Shown piece by piece: positions 39,901 through 53,388 of a DNA stretch of 64,000 nucleotides. Positions within the stretch are counted from its first letter, which is position 1, and each line of letters starts with the position of its first letter. The notes beneath the pieces are model-generated. The model was given only the letters and a program-made list of their open reading frames with translations, did not search any database and was not told the DNA's origin. Origin of the DNA: Lingula anatina (Eukaryota > Animalia > Brachiopoda); assembly GCA_051362555.1 (NCBI GenBank), contig CM120640.1, positions 54,290,788 to 54,354,787 on the forward strand. The letters are read 5' to 3'. A program made the translations under genes and the position numbers.

Positions 39901-42749
39901 GCTGATAAATGTACAGACAGCATTATTAGGTTCAGAACACATGAACATGGAAGAGAAACTGAGAATACCCTCAACAAATAACAGATTTGTGTAATTTTTC
40001 AAATTTCAAACTGTAGATCTCTAGTTTTACACATAAAACTATAGTATATATTAAACTTGACATACAAAACTATAGCATATACTAAACTGGTCAAACAATT
40101 ATTATCCTATCGGAGATTTTTTTGTGCCAAATTGAAATTGCCTCAAGAAAATTACAATTTTCTCCTACGTGCAATTTATGTGCATTTAGACTGCCATGTC
40201 ATCCTGTACATCTGAGAAGGAAGTACTGACATTAGGTACTTTCATTTGAGATGCTTTTATAATTTTTAAGGTCTGGATTGAGAAAGAGTAGTTTTGCAGG
40301 GTATGTAGAAAATGGAAAATATGACTTTGGGACAGTGTCTTACATGTATAATACACTTCTAATCATACTTTTCTTGATTTATTGGGATGTCCTATTGTTA
40401 TCAAATATTACATGATAAAATGATATAAAACAGCAGCAAAAAAACAAAAATGACAAAAGCACTATTGTACAGAATTTGAATAATTTCTGACAAGTAATAA
40501 AAATGATCAGTTATAGATTAAAAAAAAAAAAAAAAAGAAAAAAGAGACATTTCTTTTTCATTTGCTCTTAACTGACACTACCCAAATTTGGGACTTCCAA
40601 AAAAAGAAATAATGACGCCATGAATTCAGTAAATTGGGTAAACAGCAGTTGAAAGGTTTGCAATCAAAGAACTTGGCAATATAACCGACAATATTTCAAT
40701 ATGGAAATGTAATCTGTGTATAAGATTATGATGTGAACAGATTCCTCATAGTGTAGGTGACATAATTACAAAAAGCCTACTGTGCACCTTGTGCCATTTC
40801 TTAAAGCAACTGAATGATTTACCTGATTATCATTTTCAAGAAATTTCGCAAATCCAGGATATTACATACTACTGTTAGCAACTTTATAAACAGAATAAGT
40901 AATCTGACACTGTGCCGATTGCAGTGTACATGTGAAAAGTATAATATCATCCAGCTTGATACTTAAACCTGCAATCATTTTCCACAATACACTTATGAAA
41001 TTTAAGAAAATCAATCATTTCTTTGTGGTTATTTTTGGTGGACTAAAAGGGATTAGCTCATAGCTTCATATCCACAGAGATTCCATAACTGGTTATACTT
41101 TGGTCGCTATGATAACCCAATTCAATCAAAAGTACTGACTGATAAATTTAGACTTTTACATAGCGCCGAGAAGAAATCAATATCTTCTAAGAAGGCAATG
41201 ATCAGTCCTCTTCAAACTCAACCATCAACTGCATTTTGAATGAACAATCCCAGACACCAGTCCAAAAATGTTAAATTATTATTTAAAAAACCCTTTTGTA
41301 CTATTGGGCTATTTTATTTGGCTAAGTCTAGACCAAACAAATGAGACACCTTGGGGCGGCCGAAAACCACTTGACAAACCCAACCTTACCTAAGATAAGT
41401 GAATATGAAGAATAGGAAAAAAGAAGAAATGCATTAAAATTGTTGTGGATCCCAATCAACGTACTATTCTTCTCACCAGATATGTGGCACAACAAGTTCA
41501 CTGCAACAAAATGTTCCTTGCTCCTGTTACACCCATATTAGACCTGAATAAAACATTTTAAAATTACTATTAAAGGCAGAGTTTTCAGATGCTGACCAAT
41601 GAAGAAACAAACTTATTCTCACATGTAACAAATGTTGCCAACTTCAGGGGACTGATTTAATATTTTAAGTTACCAATATATCAAAGTTTACAGAGTACCA
41701 AATTAAATAACGAAAAGAAATGGTTGGTATGGTTCCACGCATTTACATAAAATGTTTGTTCTTGTATCTTATTAACAGCAAGTGAGATGGTTTCTTGATA
41801 CTCTGAGCAAAGAAACACAGTAAGAAGACAGTCACACAATATACAATTGCAATTAACCCCTCACAAGCCATCTGCATCCCTCTGATTGTGAGACTTAAGA
41901 GATGACAATATAAAAGATACATATCACATTACCTTGCCAATTTTTCACTCAAACTCAAAAGGAAGATGCTGCAAAGAAAAAATCTATTAATAAATAACCA
42001 TCTTATATCATTTTATCATCATCAAAAATTGAAAGCAACCAATTATATTAACATTGTTTGTTCTGTATCAAAAACTCAAAATGAACATAGGAATGATGAT
42101 GATAATAATAATAATCTAATAAATTTCAATAAAGCAAATCCAATTCTGATAAAAAAAACTTACTGGGTCACTCTCCAAGTGCAACTTTTTTTGTAGATTC
42201 TTTCAAATGAAACTCTGAAAATAAGCAATTGAATGTCAAAATAAGGTCATTTTGCTGCAAGAGCCCAAAGTAAGACTGCCACACTAACCTAGAAAATTAC
42301 ATCTATAAAATCAACATCCATTCTTGTCAGTAATGAAAGCATTTCTTTTCGTTATTTAAAGTTCAACACTCCATCCTCTGGGAAATCACTGAAAATACAA
42401 AAAGACCCACTGAGAGAAAAAGATCAGCTATCATCAACATGATGTATACCTATGCATATACAATGGCTTCAGTACTTCTAATTCTTGTCAATGGTTTGTT
42501 TATCCCTCAAAGGAATAAATCAATAACCAGTATTCAAGTGTGTTTATCATCATCCAAAATAATTATTTTCTTAAGCATTTTTAGGAAAAAAAATTGCTAG
42601 TTACGAGAGCATCTACATTGAGAAGCTGCCAGACTAACCTTTTTGGTAAAATAATTTCAAACTGATCTTCCACCTGTACAAATTCATCAAAGTTTATGTT
42701 TATCTATTATGAAAAAAAGATATGCCTTCTTCAATTATTAACTGTACAG

Positions 42750-43400
42750 TTTCTCATGCATCCATTCATCAACATATGCCATGCTTCATAACATTGGTGA
42801 TCATTCCCTCCCAAATGTCTTTGTCTTTGAAAGCTTTCATCACGTCTGTCACCTTAGTCAACCCATCTATTAAGCACTGTTGTTCAATGTTTTTCATATT
42901 TTTTTCTCTGTGCTTGTTTTAATTTGCCTTCCTGATGTAACCAGTTGTTCTATATTAATTTATTTCTTCTCAATACATGTCCCAAGAAAGTGGCTTGTCT
43001 TATTTGTCTTAATTAAAAAGGCCCAGTTGGAATTTGCTTCCCTTAGGACAGTTTCATTAATTTTCTTGTCTGTCCATGGTGAACACATCATCCCTAATAG
43101 AAGCCACATCTTTTTTTACTGATGGTTCATGTTTTTGCAGCCGCACATTATTATTATGGTATTATGTAGCATTGTCCAATCATTTTTCTTGATCAAAAAC
43201 TAAAATACATACAATTGTAACAAATAATTATAACTTCATATCAATTGGCATGTTTTCAGCAATTACATCAGGAACTTCTTGTCTATTAATTTTTATCTAG
43301 TTCAACTACCATGGTCATAGAAATTATTCATTCCCAGCTTTTAACTTACAGTTTAAAAAGCTGCCTCAGTTCTTACGAACTGCTGAACATACTGGTCATC
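42750..43400 (-). mobile_element. Degraded 3' end of an RTE-clade LINE (post-RT region)
   Basis: Frameshifted minus-strand peptides QCYIIP...CGCK..., MW....M..SPWTDKKINETVLREANS, RQATFLGHVLRRNKL, EQLVTSGRQ, KDKDIWEGMITNVMKHG match the RTE C-terminal pattern (CY..P.L.YGCE.W...EMW..RRML.I.WTD..TNE.VL...FLGH..R...W). Confidence 0.75.
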
Positions 43401-45725
43401 TTCAAAATCTTTTTATTTCAACAATATTTTAATTAATCTGTAATAAGCCTTTATTTCAGTATTTTTAAAATATTATTGACATCCTGTATGTCTTACAGAA
43501 ATTTGGGGATATTTTAGCTTTGAATATGTACATGGGGTTTTAATCAAGTTTTTTTTAGCCATAAGCTCTCACAATTCTTAATCTTGTTATTTGACTCTGT
43601 AGTATTACCAATTTATTAATTTTTACTCTGCACACAACACAAAAAACAAGGGTTGCTTTAAGAAATTGCTATTTTAAAACATTATAAACAGCCTCTTCAT
43701 TTCCCTTTTCTGCTCTCTCTCTCTCTCCCTTCATGGCTATCTGCTATCTACTATACATTAAAACCAAAACTGCACAGACTCAGATTAATTATTTCATTTC
43801 AACAAGAAAAACCTGAATTTCATAATTAACCTGTGTGACTCTACATTGCCACTGGTTAACAAGATACTGAGCCATTAATTCCAAGCTGCATTTTTATCAC
43901 TCACCTGAGTTGGTTCCAAGCGTTTTTGCAGTGGCACTCTTTGTCAACCATAAACTATAATGCAAAAATTGGCAACACATTTGTGTTTAAGTTACGTAAG
44001 CATAGGTAATGAAATATGTAATTTAATCTAGGACTGTTTATCTGTGACATGAAACTAAACATGAGGCAGCAGTGCAATGACATGCAATGAATGTTACATA
44101 TACACTCAATGTTCAATGTTATAGCTCTTTTTCCTGCCTTGCTGAAAACAAAACAATGTTTCATACACTTAATAATATACATACATTATATTAGATGTAT
44201 TACATTATGGAAATAGCTTTCAGAGTTCTTTTACAATATTTGAAAGCTTTGAAATAAGTCATTTTTCAAATAGTGATTTTTCCATCAATAACACATTTGA
44301 ACACTTTTTTTTAACATTCCCTCTGACAAAACTACCTCCTGCCCATGTTATCTCAGCCAGGTACTTGCTCCAGATACATTGGAGGAAGTGTAACTGTCTG
44401 CCTGCAGACCACAGAAACTAGTGCAAACTGGAATCAGTCATCAGCAATAATAGTAGTCTGACTAAAATTGTATCCTATTCCAAATACTTACAGAAAATAT
44501 TGGCAATTTCATGACATCAATTCACTGCCGATTTACTTGCTTGTAAATGCATTATTTTAAGATATCATGGCTCTATGCAAATGTAAGTTTAGCATCAAAA
44601 TCAGATTAAAATTATTTTAAAACCAATCACTATATAGTCTACTAAATGATGAAGTGGGTTAACTGTTGGCAAGAAATACTCACTAAAAACTTCAAAATAC
44701 CAACATGTTTTCGTACCGATTAATATCAGCATCACCACTTCATAGAAAGATGCAGTTTATTCTTCAACTGAGAGCATGGAAAATTGCAATCATTATCACC
44801 TCTCATTTTAACAATAAAATCATGGGACCAGAGGTTAATTGAATATATGATCATTTAATTTTAAGTCTACTTGTAAAAATTAAGCTAGTATCTCAGCCAT
44901 ACCTCAATATCTTAAGTCTCGATATCCCAATCTTACCCTTAACTTCAATTATTCACAAACTGGACCTGATAAAGTCATGACAGTCAGGAAATTTGAAAAT
45001 ATTATCTGGGGACTCAAACTACAATATCATTGTAATATAATGCTGAAACTGTACTAAACTGATATAGAATCCATTAATCATTGATGACCGCTACATATCC
45101 AATACATTGATGGTGCCCAACTCTCAGATTCAGGGCACACAATGCATTTCATATGCTTTGCATTTGCTGTGGTCTTTTAGACACAATCAACTTGTACCTA
45201 AATGTATCCACCAAATGGAAAAGAATTGAACTTTTGACACAGGACAATACTGTAGACACTTTGGGAGAATTTCCACTCAACTGCACAAACCATTTCCAAG
45301 GAATGTAATAATAATGAAAATTTCCTGAAATACATAATCACATGCAATAGTGAACAAAGTACACATATGTCAGCTTGGCTTTCCATGGGCTTTATTGTCT
45401 ACTTAAAGTAATCTGAATGCACAAGACAATTTGATCTTAACTCTATCAAAAGAAAGCAGGATCTATTCCCAACCAAGGCACTGGTTCAGCCAAGTATGAA
45501 ATAAAATTTTGCAGTGAACCCTCAAACCCCACAAAAATGTCTGCGGTATTGAAAAGAGCAACATGGTAATGTCTTATTTAGATCTAATGAACCTGGGAAA
45601 ATATACAAACAATACACACAAGTGTGTGTGGGTATGACTTAATTTGGCTTGTAAATGGATAGCCCTTGTTTTTTCAAAAAGTTGTTTCATTTTTCTTGTT
45701 TTAATAAATATTTTTACTTCCTAAC

Positions 45726-45892
45726 AACATTATAAATTTACAATGAAGACACTTCAAATAAAGATTATAACAAGTGTGGTATTAACCATGTTTTACACTG
45801 CAAAATAAACATTATAAATTTACAATGAAGACACTTCAAATAAAGATTATAACAAGTGTGGCATTAACCATGTTTTACACTGCAAAATAAAC
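45726..45892. repeat. 82-bp tandem duplication
   Basis: AACATTATAAATTTACAATGAAG... at 45726 and 45808, with one substitution (GGTATT/GGCATT). Confidence 0.95.
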
Positions 45893-48044
45893 AGGCATGT
45901 GAGCAATAAGACACCAATTTCTTCTGGCACAGTATCATTTCAGGAATCCTGCAATTTAGCAGAATAATGCCAATGCATACTTTGAACTGATTACCATTTC
46001 CACCTAGTAATAAAGAATAGTTTACAGACATACCTGGAATCCTATTTTTGGGACAATTTGAAAACCTGCTGACCTCTCAACTTGTGCAAGGGTTATCAAT
46101 CCTCTGCAACAAACATGTGGTCCTATCTAGTAACAGAAGTCAAAAAGATTTTCATATTCAGTCCTCTTCAGATGTAGCCACTGGAAAGATACCTGCCCTA
46201 CCAGGGAAACACAGACGGGATCATAACTCCACTCATGTTCTTTCATGCCAGGAACTTGGTACAGATAAACATAGCAAAGAACAACCTGAGCTTCTTGAAC
46301 TTGATACAGAACATAGAACAACCGTAGCTTATTGACTATCATATAAAAATGCACTAAAATACCTTTCTCTAGTGCTCACTTACTTGAAAATGGAACCCAG
46401 CTTGGAAAAACAATTCAGTCTGGCTGTTCACAGTTGTGTAGGAAGTTGGGAAATATACTAAATAACTGCTATCAAAAGTGCCACCACCTACATAAATGAG
46501 GCTAGTATGCAATATTTATGCATAATTCAAGGAAAATTAAGCAGATGCCTAGAAAATTGTTCGATATAGAATGAAATGGAATGTTTTTCGAATATTACAA
46601 TCGTAATCTATTAAACCAAGGGTTAATGTGGCATTTTGTCTGAAACCAAGAGGAAATACTAAAGCCAACTGAAGTATAACTCATTTCTCTGAAATTGTTT
46701 ACTACTTATAAAGCTGCATCATGAAGTCCAAATTCAAACCTTCCATCAAAAATGTGCACCATTTCATGAATTATGAAAGCACCATCATTGTCAGTCACCT
46801 GTACATCTTGTTCCAGTTATATGACACATACAATACATTAATTTATAACCAATATCAATACACTATGCATACTGGGTCATGGGAAGCTTGCATTTTTTGT
46901 ACCGATTGCTTTAACTGATATATCTTCATAAATGCATATGTAATTAATAATCATAATTTTTCTTTGCACTCATTTGAAAAAAAATTGTTTCAACAATTTT
47001 TGGACTAGTACAAAAAATGTAAGTATGGCCATTTAATACATGCCTGATATACATGTTTTTACACCGGTTCGGTTATGACAATATCAGGACTGCAGCAATT
47101 TCCTTTATCAGAGGGAAAACATACTTACTGAGATTATTCAAGCAGAGTAAATTTAAAAGGGAATACTTTTACAACACAGTGATAGATTCAGTGCTTTTGT
47201 GGCCCTATGTAGTAAAAAGACATTTTCATTAAAAAGTTAGTACAATATGTAAATATCTTTATTTAACATTTGAAAAGGAAATTGTGATGTATTCTGAACA
47301 CATACAAAAAAAATTTAATGCGGTCCTGGGCAATGTTACCAACTTACCCATAGCTCACAATGAGTGGATTTTTTTCTGTGTGTTTGTTTCTGTGTTTGAA
47401 AAATAAAGGACATTGTAACTAATGGTCAGCTTTAAAGATATTCTAAATATTGCAATTGTTTTTCTTACTATATACCAATGATACCATGGTCTAGCATTAC
47501 ATAAGTATAGTTTGTTATTCACAGCATGTATTGCACTGTTGATACAAATGATGAAACATAATATGCAACAATTTAGAAAATAAAATCTCAAAAACAGATA
47601 ACAATTATGATAAGAAGAATGTGCCATTAATCTTGTGATAGTCAGGAATTCTAAATATCCAGAGCATGCCCTGTTTTGCTTTTATTACATCAAGGCATTT
47701 CATATATAGCTGAAAGGACCTGTGGTTCATAACATTAATGTGCAAAATTTAATTTAAAGGGTCTCTTAGACATTTTGCAAGTATAAGCCAAGAAAATACT
47801 TAGGACTGCCCCTCAGACTCAAATATACAAATACCATTACAAATTATACATCAGTCATTAAATATACAGCAAATTTAACCAAATCACATAATGGCTGGGG
47901 AAGCTATACAAATAATTTTGCCAAAAGACTTAGAAACACCATGGATTGTCTAGGTTGGAGAAAATGTGTTCTCATCAAATTGTTCTGGTAAATTGTATGT
48001 AAAAGCACCATGCAGTTAATATTACTTCAATACTTCTTTAAACT

Positions 48045-51000
48045 CTACGTAGGCACTGCAAACAGTGTTTGGGATACAGGTGTACCAGAAGTAGATGGAT
48101 CCAAAATAACTTCGCCTTCCATAGTATATAAATTACACATACTGGCTGCATCTTCATGGCCTTGGTATGGTGCAAGAAACAGTTCTGATTTCCCATTTGA
48201 ACCTTTTGTCCTAAATTTTCCAGATGCAGACCTATTCATTGTGTGTAAGGTCTTTGATTTTCTGCTGTTTTCCCAAACATCTTCATCATCAAAACTATCA
48301 ATGTCAGATTCTTTATCAAGCTCAGAGTTTTTTGAGGATTTACTGGTTGCTGAGGAGGGTGCAGTTCTATTTTTAAAAAAAGAATATTTCTGTGAATTGT
48401 TGCTAGCAGGTCTACTAGTATCAGTATTGCAAGCCTCATCAGACTTCAATGAAGTTCTGCTTTTTAAGGACTCTATTTTCTTTGTTCTCCTTTTGGTTCT
48501 TGCACTAGAAGCCCTAGAAGATGGTTCAGTGTCACTATCTTTATGAACATGGGAAACTAGAACATTTTCTGTTAAAGGCAGTTCTGCTTTCACTCCATTT
48601 TGAGATTTTCTGAGATCAAGACTAGTATCTTTATTATTTGGATTATAACTTCCCATTACATGTTTCATACTCCCTTCCTTGTTAAGGTCAGAATCCCTAC
48701 TTGTATAGGACAGTGTATCCTCATATTTGTCAGGAGTTTTGCTAGAGTTTTTTGTTGTTTTCTTGAGTTTTTTCATTTCTCTTGCAATTTCTCTTAACTC
48801 CAAGATATCCGCTGATGTCTGATCAACTTCAGTATGAGCTGCACCACTACCATTCACTTTTACCTGAGATTTGGCACCAGCCTCCAATTCTTTAACTCGT
48901 GCAGAAAGATCCTGGACCAGTTTGTCTTTTTCTGACAATTTTCTTTGAAGGTCATGAATCTTCAGGTCTTGCTCTGAGACCTGATTAGAAAGTTCAAGTA
49001 TAATTTTCATTCTGCTGTCTTCCCACTCCTCATTCTCTGCTTCATCTGCATTCCCAGTTACATTTTTTTCCTTGTCCTGTGTTACAGCAGACTGGGCTCT
49101 ATTTAGACGTTCTGTAACAAAATAGAATGCAAAGGAAACCACTATTGCCACAATGATCATTTTTTTCTTTCAATAACAGCTCTTACTTTAGATTAAGATC
49201 AATTACCCATACAGTAAAATATCAGGATGCACTGTGGAAGACTGGTAAAGAAATGATAGTTTGGTGCACTATTAAAGAAATGCTCCTTTCAATTATCAAA
49301 ACAAGAGTAACAAAAGTCTGAAAAAAAAAAAACAGTGTCTGTGCAAGATATCTGAAGATCTTTTGCAATAGATCCATGTGTATTCTGATTGGTGCTTTCA
49401 AACTGATACATATCATCTTCAACTTACTTATTTGCCAATGATAATCATAATATTAAATATTGGTGACCGTGTCAGTTGTATAAATGCAGTAAAGTTATTA
49501 TATATAATCCTCACCTATTAATTTTGCCTTCTCCTCAGTCATTTTGGCAATTTCATCCTTCAATTCAAACATTTTCAGTGTGGATTCCTGTTTGTTTTCT
49601 GCAAGTTTGGCATGAGCCACACGAAGCTTTTTCTTAAATCTTATTTTCTAAAATAAGGTAAATATTGTTAAAAACAATTTGATAGACTACACAAAAGTAC
49701 AATCATTGATAAGGCCCATTTAGCACTTGTTTATACTTTCCATTAAATTTCTGTATACCTTTAATCATACACAATGAGTATTAGATCTATAAGACTGGGT
49801 ACCCATACCCTATCATACTAGCAGGATTCATCTAACTCCTATGGGATTCTTGCTAAATTGCATGCAGTTAAAGCGACTTAAATGTCTGTCACGCCCATTG
49901 AAGCTGCTTAGGGGGCAATTAACTTTGGTGCACACTTAAACTGAATGCAATTTAGAATCTCCTCATGGAGAGATCGCTCCTGCTACTATGATAGGGTTAT
50001 GGGAATGGTCCCTATATAGCAAAAATTATTCATCCTGGAAATGACAACGCAATGTAATTACACAAGGTATACCATATCCAAACCCACTGGCCACTGACAA
50101 AATTACAATTATAATCATTATAGTTTTTGAGTTCTAAAGTTTTAGATTTAGCAACACTCTTGTAACATAGTTAAAGATTATTTACATAAGCCCATAAAAT
50201 AAGAGCTTAAATACAGTTTTGAAGATAATAATTTCCTCCATAGTTTTGGATAGTGTATGCCTTGTCAGTAAAAGGAAAATTGCAAAAACAGCCAGGAAAA
50301 TTCACTTTTGCTATATAGAGATCAAATACAAACTGTAGGTCTTTTAATGGTTTTTTTAGCTATTTGAGACATTAAGCATCTTTAATAGCATAGGCTGACA
50401 GATTAAAAATCACAATTTATATAACCTACCATTTTCTCAATCTCAGCATTTATGGTGTTTGTCTGTTTTTCTAGTTTCTCTATATACTGATCCTTGGCCT
50501 TCAATGTTTCATTACATTCCTAATAAAAACAATTATTTGTTCAGCTTTTAAAAATAGTTCTATTCTGTATAGCAAAAACACTAATAATATTAAACAGAAT
50601 ATGCTTTTTATTGATTCAAAAATTAAGAACTTAAAAGATTGATAATTTTTCTCCAAAGAAAAGATCCGAGACATTACCATAGATACATACATATAGTAAC
50701 ATGAATAAACAGATTTTCATCTGAACCTATCTAATTTATTTCTACAGAGGACGGGCTTTACTCTTTTCTCTTTGAAAAATAACACTACTGATATCACTAT
50801 TGAAAGCTTAATTTCACTACCTCTGATTTATCTTCCCACTTCTGAGCATGCAAACTCTCTATCTTTTCCTCCAGTTGTTGTATCCTTTCCAATAAGTCTA
50901 GGTTTGTACTCTCCAAGGTAGACATCTGAAATAGAATAAAAACAATCATGAATTTAAATGTTCCTTGTACATGAGTAGCAGGCCATGCTTTATACCATTT

Positions 51001-52532
51001 TGAGTATCCTTCAAAACTAATTACCTGAGTTTTGCTTAGTCAGTATAAGAAATAATATGTTCAAAATTTTTCTTCGTGACATATAAATTATAACTGCACA
51101 TGTACAAAAGCATAAATACAAGGAACTAGAAAAAAACACTTGATCTGAGGCGTGTTTAAGAATTTAAGTACATGTAACATTCAGTTATAAAGCTATAAAC
51201 ATGTCATAACATTTTGTGAAGTACCTGTTTCTCCAACTCCCTGGCTTCTGCCTCTGAAGAAGATGCTTTCTCTTCAGCAACAGCCATTGCTTGTCTGCAT
51301 TTTGCCAAATCTGCTTGTAGCACTGCCAACTAGACATCAAATAAATTTATTTTAATTCAAAATACAGAACTTTGTATAAAAGCATTTTGTTAACACAGAT
51401 GATCTATTCATAAACAATGAGCCTTGTGTCATTAATGTTTTAGAAAAAAATGTGATGAACTGACAAACAATATATCAATACAAGTGAAATAAAAATTGTT
51501 ATAACTACATAAAATAATGAAAATAAAATTAGTTAGGATAGTCATGCCACAAGATTTTCAACAAAGGGGTGCATAGGAGATGCTAGGGACACAAGTATCT
51601 GATGAAAATGAGTTTTAAAAATGTGCTCAAACAGACACAATAATAAAAACCTTTAAAGCACAAAGTATCAATTCTGGTCACCCTGAGAGGCACCTATTAC
51701 TAATATCGATAGATAACATGATTGTATTAGAGTTTCATTCCTATGATATGAGGCTTTTTGTTTAGGTTGAAAACAAATTGTCATTACATGATGATCAAGC
51801 ATGCTACAGATTTATATATATATAAATATATAATTTTACTGCATATTAACCTGTTTGGAACATTAAACACATTGATTAAAATTTGAAAGCTCTTGAGCTC
51901 TACCATACTGGTTTTATCATTGCAAGTAAGGCAGGTGTTATCAAATCAACAGCCATGTTAAACCCACCGATATTTCACCTAACTGATAGTACTCAGACTT
52001 ATTTGGTCACTTACAAGTCGCACCTAGTGAAATCTACAAGACTCCATGGTCCATTGAGTGGAGTGGAAAAGATTTTATTATCAAATGATAGTAGTGTTAT
52101 TTATCTCGCAGAGGTGGGGGACGATATGAAAAATAAACTAATTTATCTTCATTGTATCACTCCGCGTTATTGCTTAGTGAAACATCAAATATCCCACGTC
52201 CCATGCACTCACCTCCCTGTCCATCATGTACGCACGTCTTTCCTTGCCTTCCCTGTTACTCCGGGGTCTGAAATCAATATGTTGGTTTGTACAATAATGA
52301 TATAATATCAGTAAATTGTCAACTCTGCAGTTTAATCTAGAAATTTTCAAGACGATTTATGGATATATATATACTAAACAAAATAATGAAGGCACCGATC
52401 CAATGATTGTTAACGACAGTAAGGAAAGGGTCACAAAACATGCAACAAAATTTACCTGTCATATCTCTCATATTTTTCACTTTCCTGGTCTATTCGTATT
52501 TCCCTAACACCAGAACTTGCTCCGGATCCCAT
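48045..52532 (-). CDS. CCDC192: Coiled-coil domain-containing protein 192-like, ~543 aa, N-myristoylation motif, Ser/Lys-rich C-terminal extension
   Basis: 7 phase-consistent exons: 52532-52456, 52267-52213, 51329-51225, 50925-50821, 50519-50430, 49647-49515, 49111-48045 (TAG); 1632 nt. Starts MGSGASS. Segments LLERIQQLEEKIE, KDQYIEKL, KIRFKKKL and IILELSNQVSEQ...KLSEKDKLVQDL parallel my recollection of human CCDC192 (LLEQVSRLEEKLE, KDQCIQKL, KLKHEKKV, LIMELSTQVS...EEKERKIQQL). Confidence 0.8.
49797..50012. mobile_element. Foldback MITE, family A copy 3
   Basis: CCCATACCCTATCATACTAGCAGGA versus TCCTGCTACTATGATAGGGTTATGGG. Internal CTAACTCCTATGGGATTCTTGCTAAATTG is shared with copies 1 and 2. 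Confidence 0.75.
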
Positions 52533-52559
52533 TCTAATGCTTTTATATCAATACATACA

Positions 52560-52850
52560 CTTATGAGAATGGAATGTTTGTACTAAAATAAGCGAAGCTG
52601 AAATATTTCAACTGGCCGCCATTGCGGCTTCTCTTGGTTACTAAAAACAGCGAACGAGATTTTTTGATAGATCACCAAAATCGATATAAATTCATAACAA
52701 GAATCAACTTGGTAGACAAAACCCCAATAACTTAAACGTATATATGTTAAAGAGAACGCATTTGAGACAATAACCCCCCAAAAAAAATTGCCCCGACCTT
52801 CACCTAATAACTAGTTTCCGCGTTTAAGCCTCGTTATAAACTCCCACCAC
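52560..52850 (-). promoter_or_regulatory. Probable promoter of the CCDC192-like gene
   Basis: CpG dinucleotides are locally retained, unlike the flanking gene bodies. A YY1-like CAATGGCGGCC lies on the minus strand (52614-52624), about 85 bp upstream of the ATG. Confidence 0.5.
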
Positions 52851-53388
52851 TGAATAGGACCACTTTAATTTAACAGTGCAAAAAATATATGTAAATTAGC
52901 ACAAGAGAATTATTTATTTTATATTTTGGAAAACACTGACTTGCTGCTATTGTATTATTTTAAAAGAAGACACTAGTTGTTTGTATCAGCCCATAAAATA
53001 TTATTGATAACCATTTTATAAACTTAAAAGATTCCATGGTAAAAATAATATGAGACCAAACTGAGGGAACAAATGATTAATTTTGTCAGGACAACCATCA
53101 AAATAATCTGAAATAAATGTTTTGTTGCAGTACACAGTGTTTTAAATGAAGAAATAAGACAAAATGGACATGATACACTTTATTAAAAAAGAAGCGTCTG
53201 ATTCATCTACATCTGATTTATTTGAATGGGGTAATTGGATCGCCGTACCAGTAATTCAACTCTCTAACATTAAAACATGCTTTTAGCAAAAGCATATTTA
53301 TAAACATTCCACCCCTTAAAAATTTTAGTGGGCAAGTAAAAAATAAAATAAAAAACACTGGAGCATAGAATTGCTTATAATATAGAGA

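Noticed and set aside
48010-48546. 178-aa plus-strand ORF
   Set aside because: Antisense shadow of the CCDC192-like last exon. The same applies to 59322-59645 opposite the SLC12 exon.
51883-52305. 140-aa plus-strand ORF
   Set aside because: TTG start, no recognisable domain, overlaps CCDC192 exon 2 antisense; likely chance.
52637-52648. RFX-like GTTACTAAAAAC near the CCDC192 promoter
   Set aside because: Only a half-site match with the wrong spacing.
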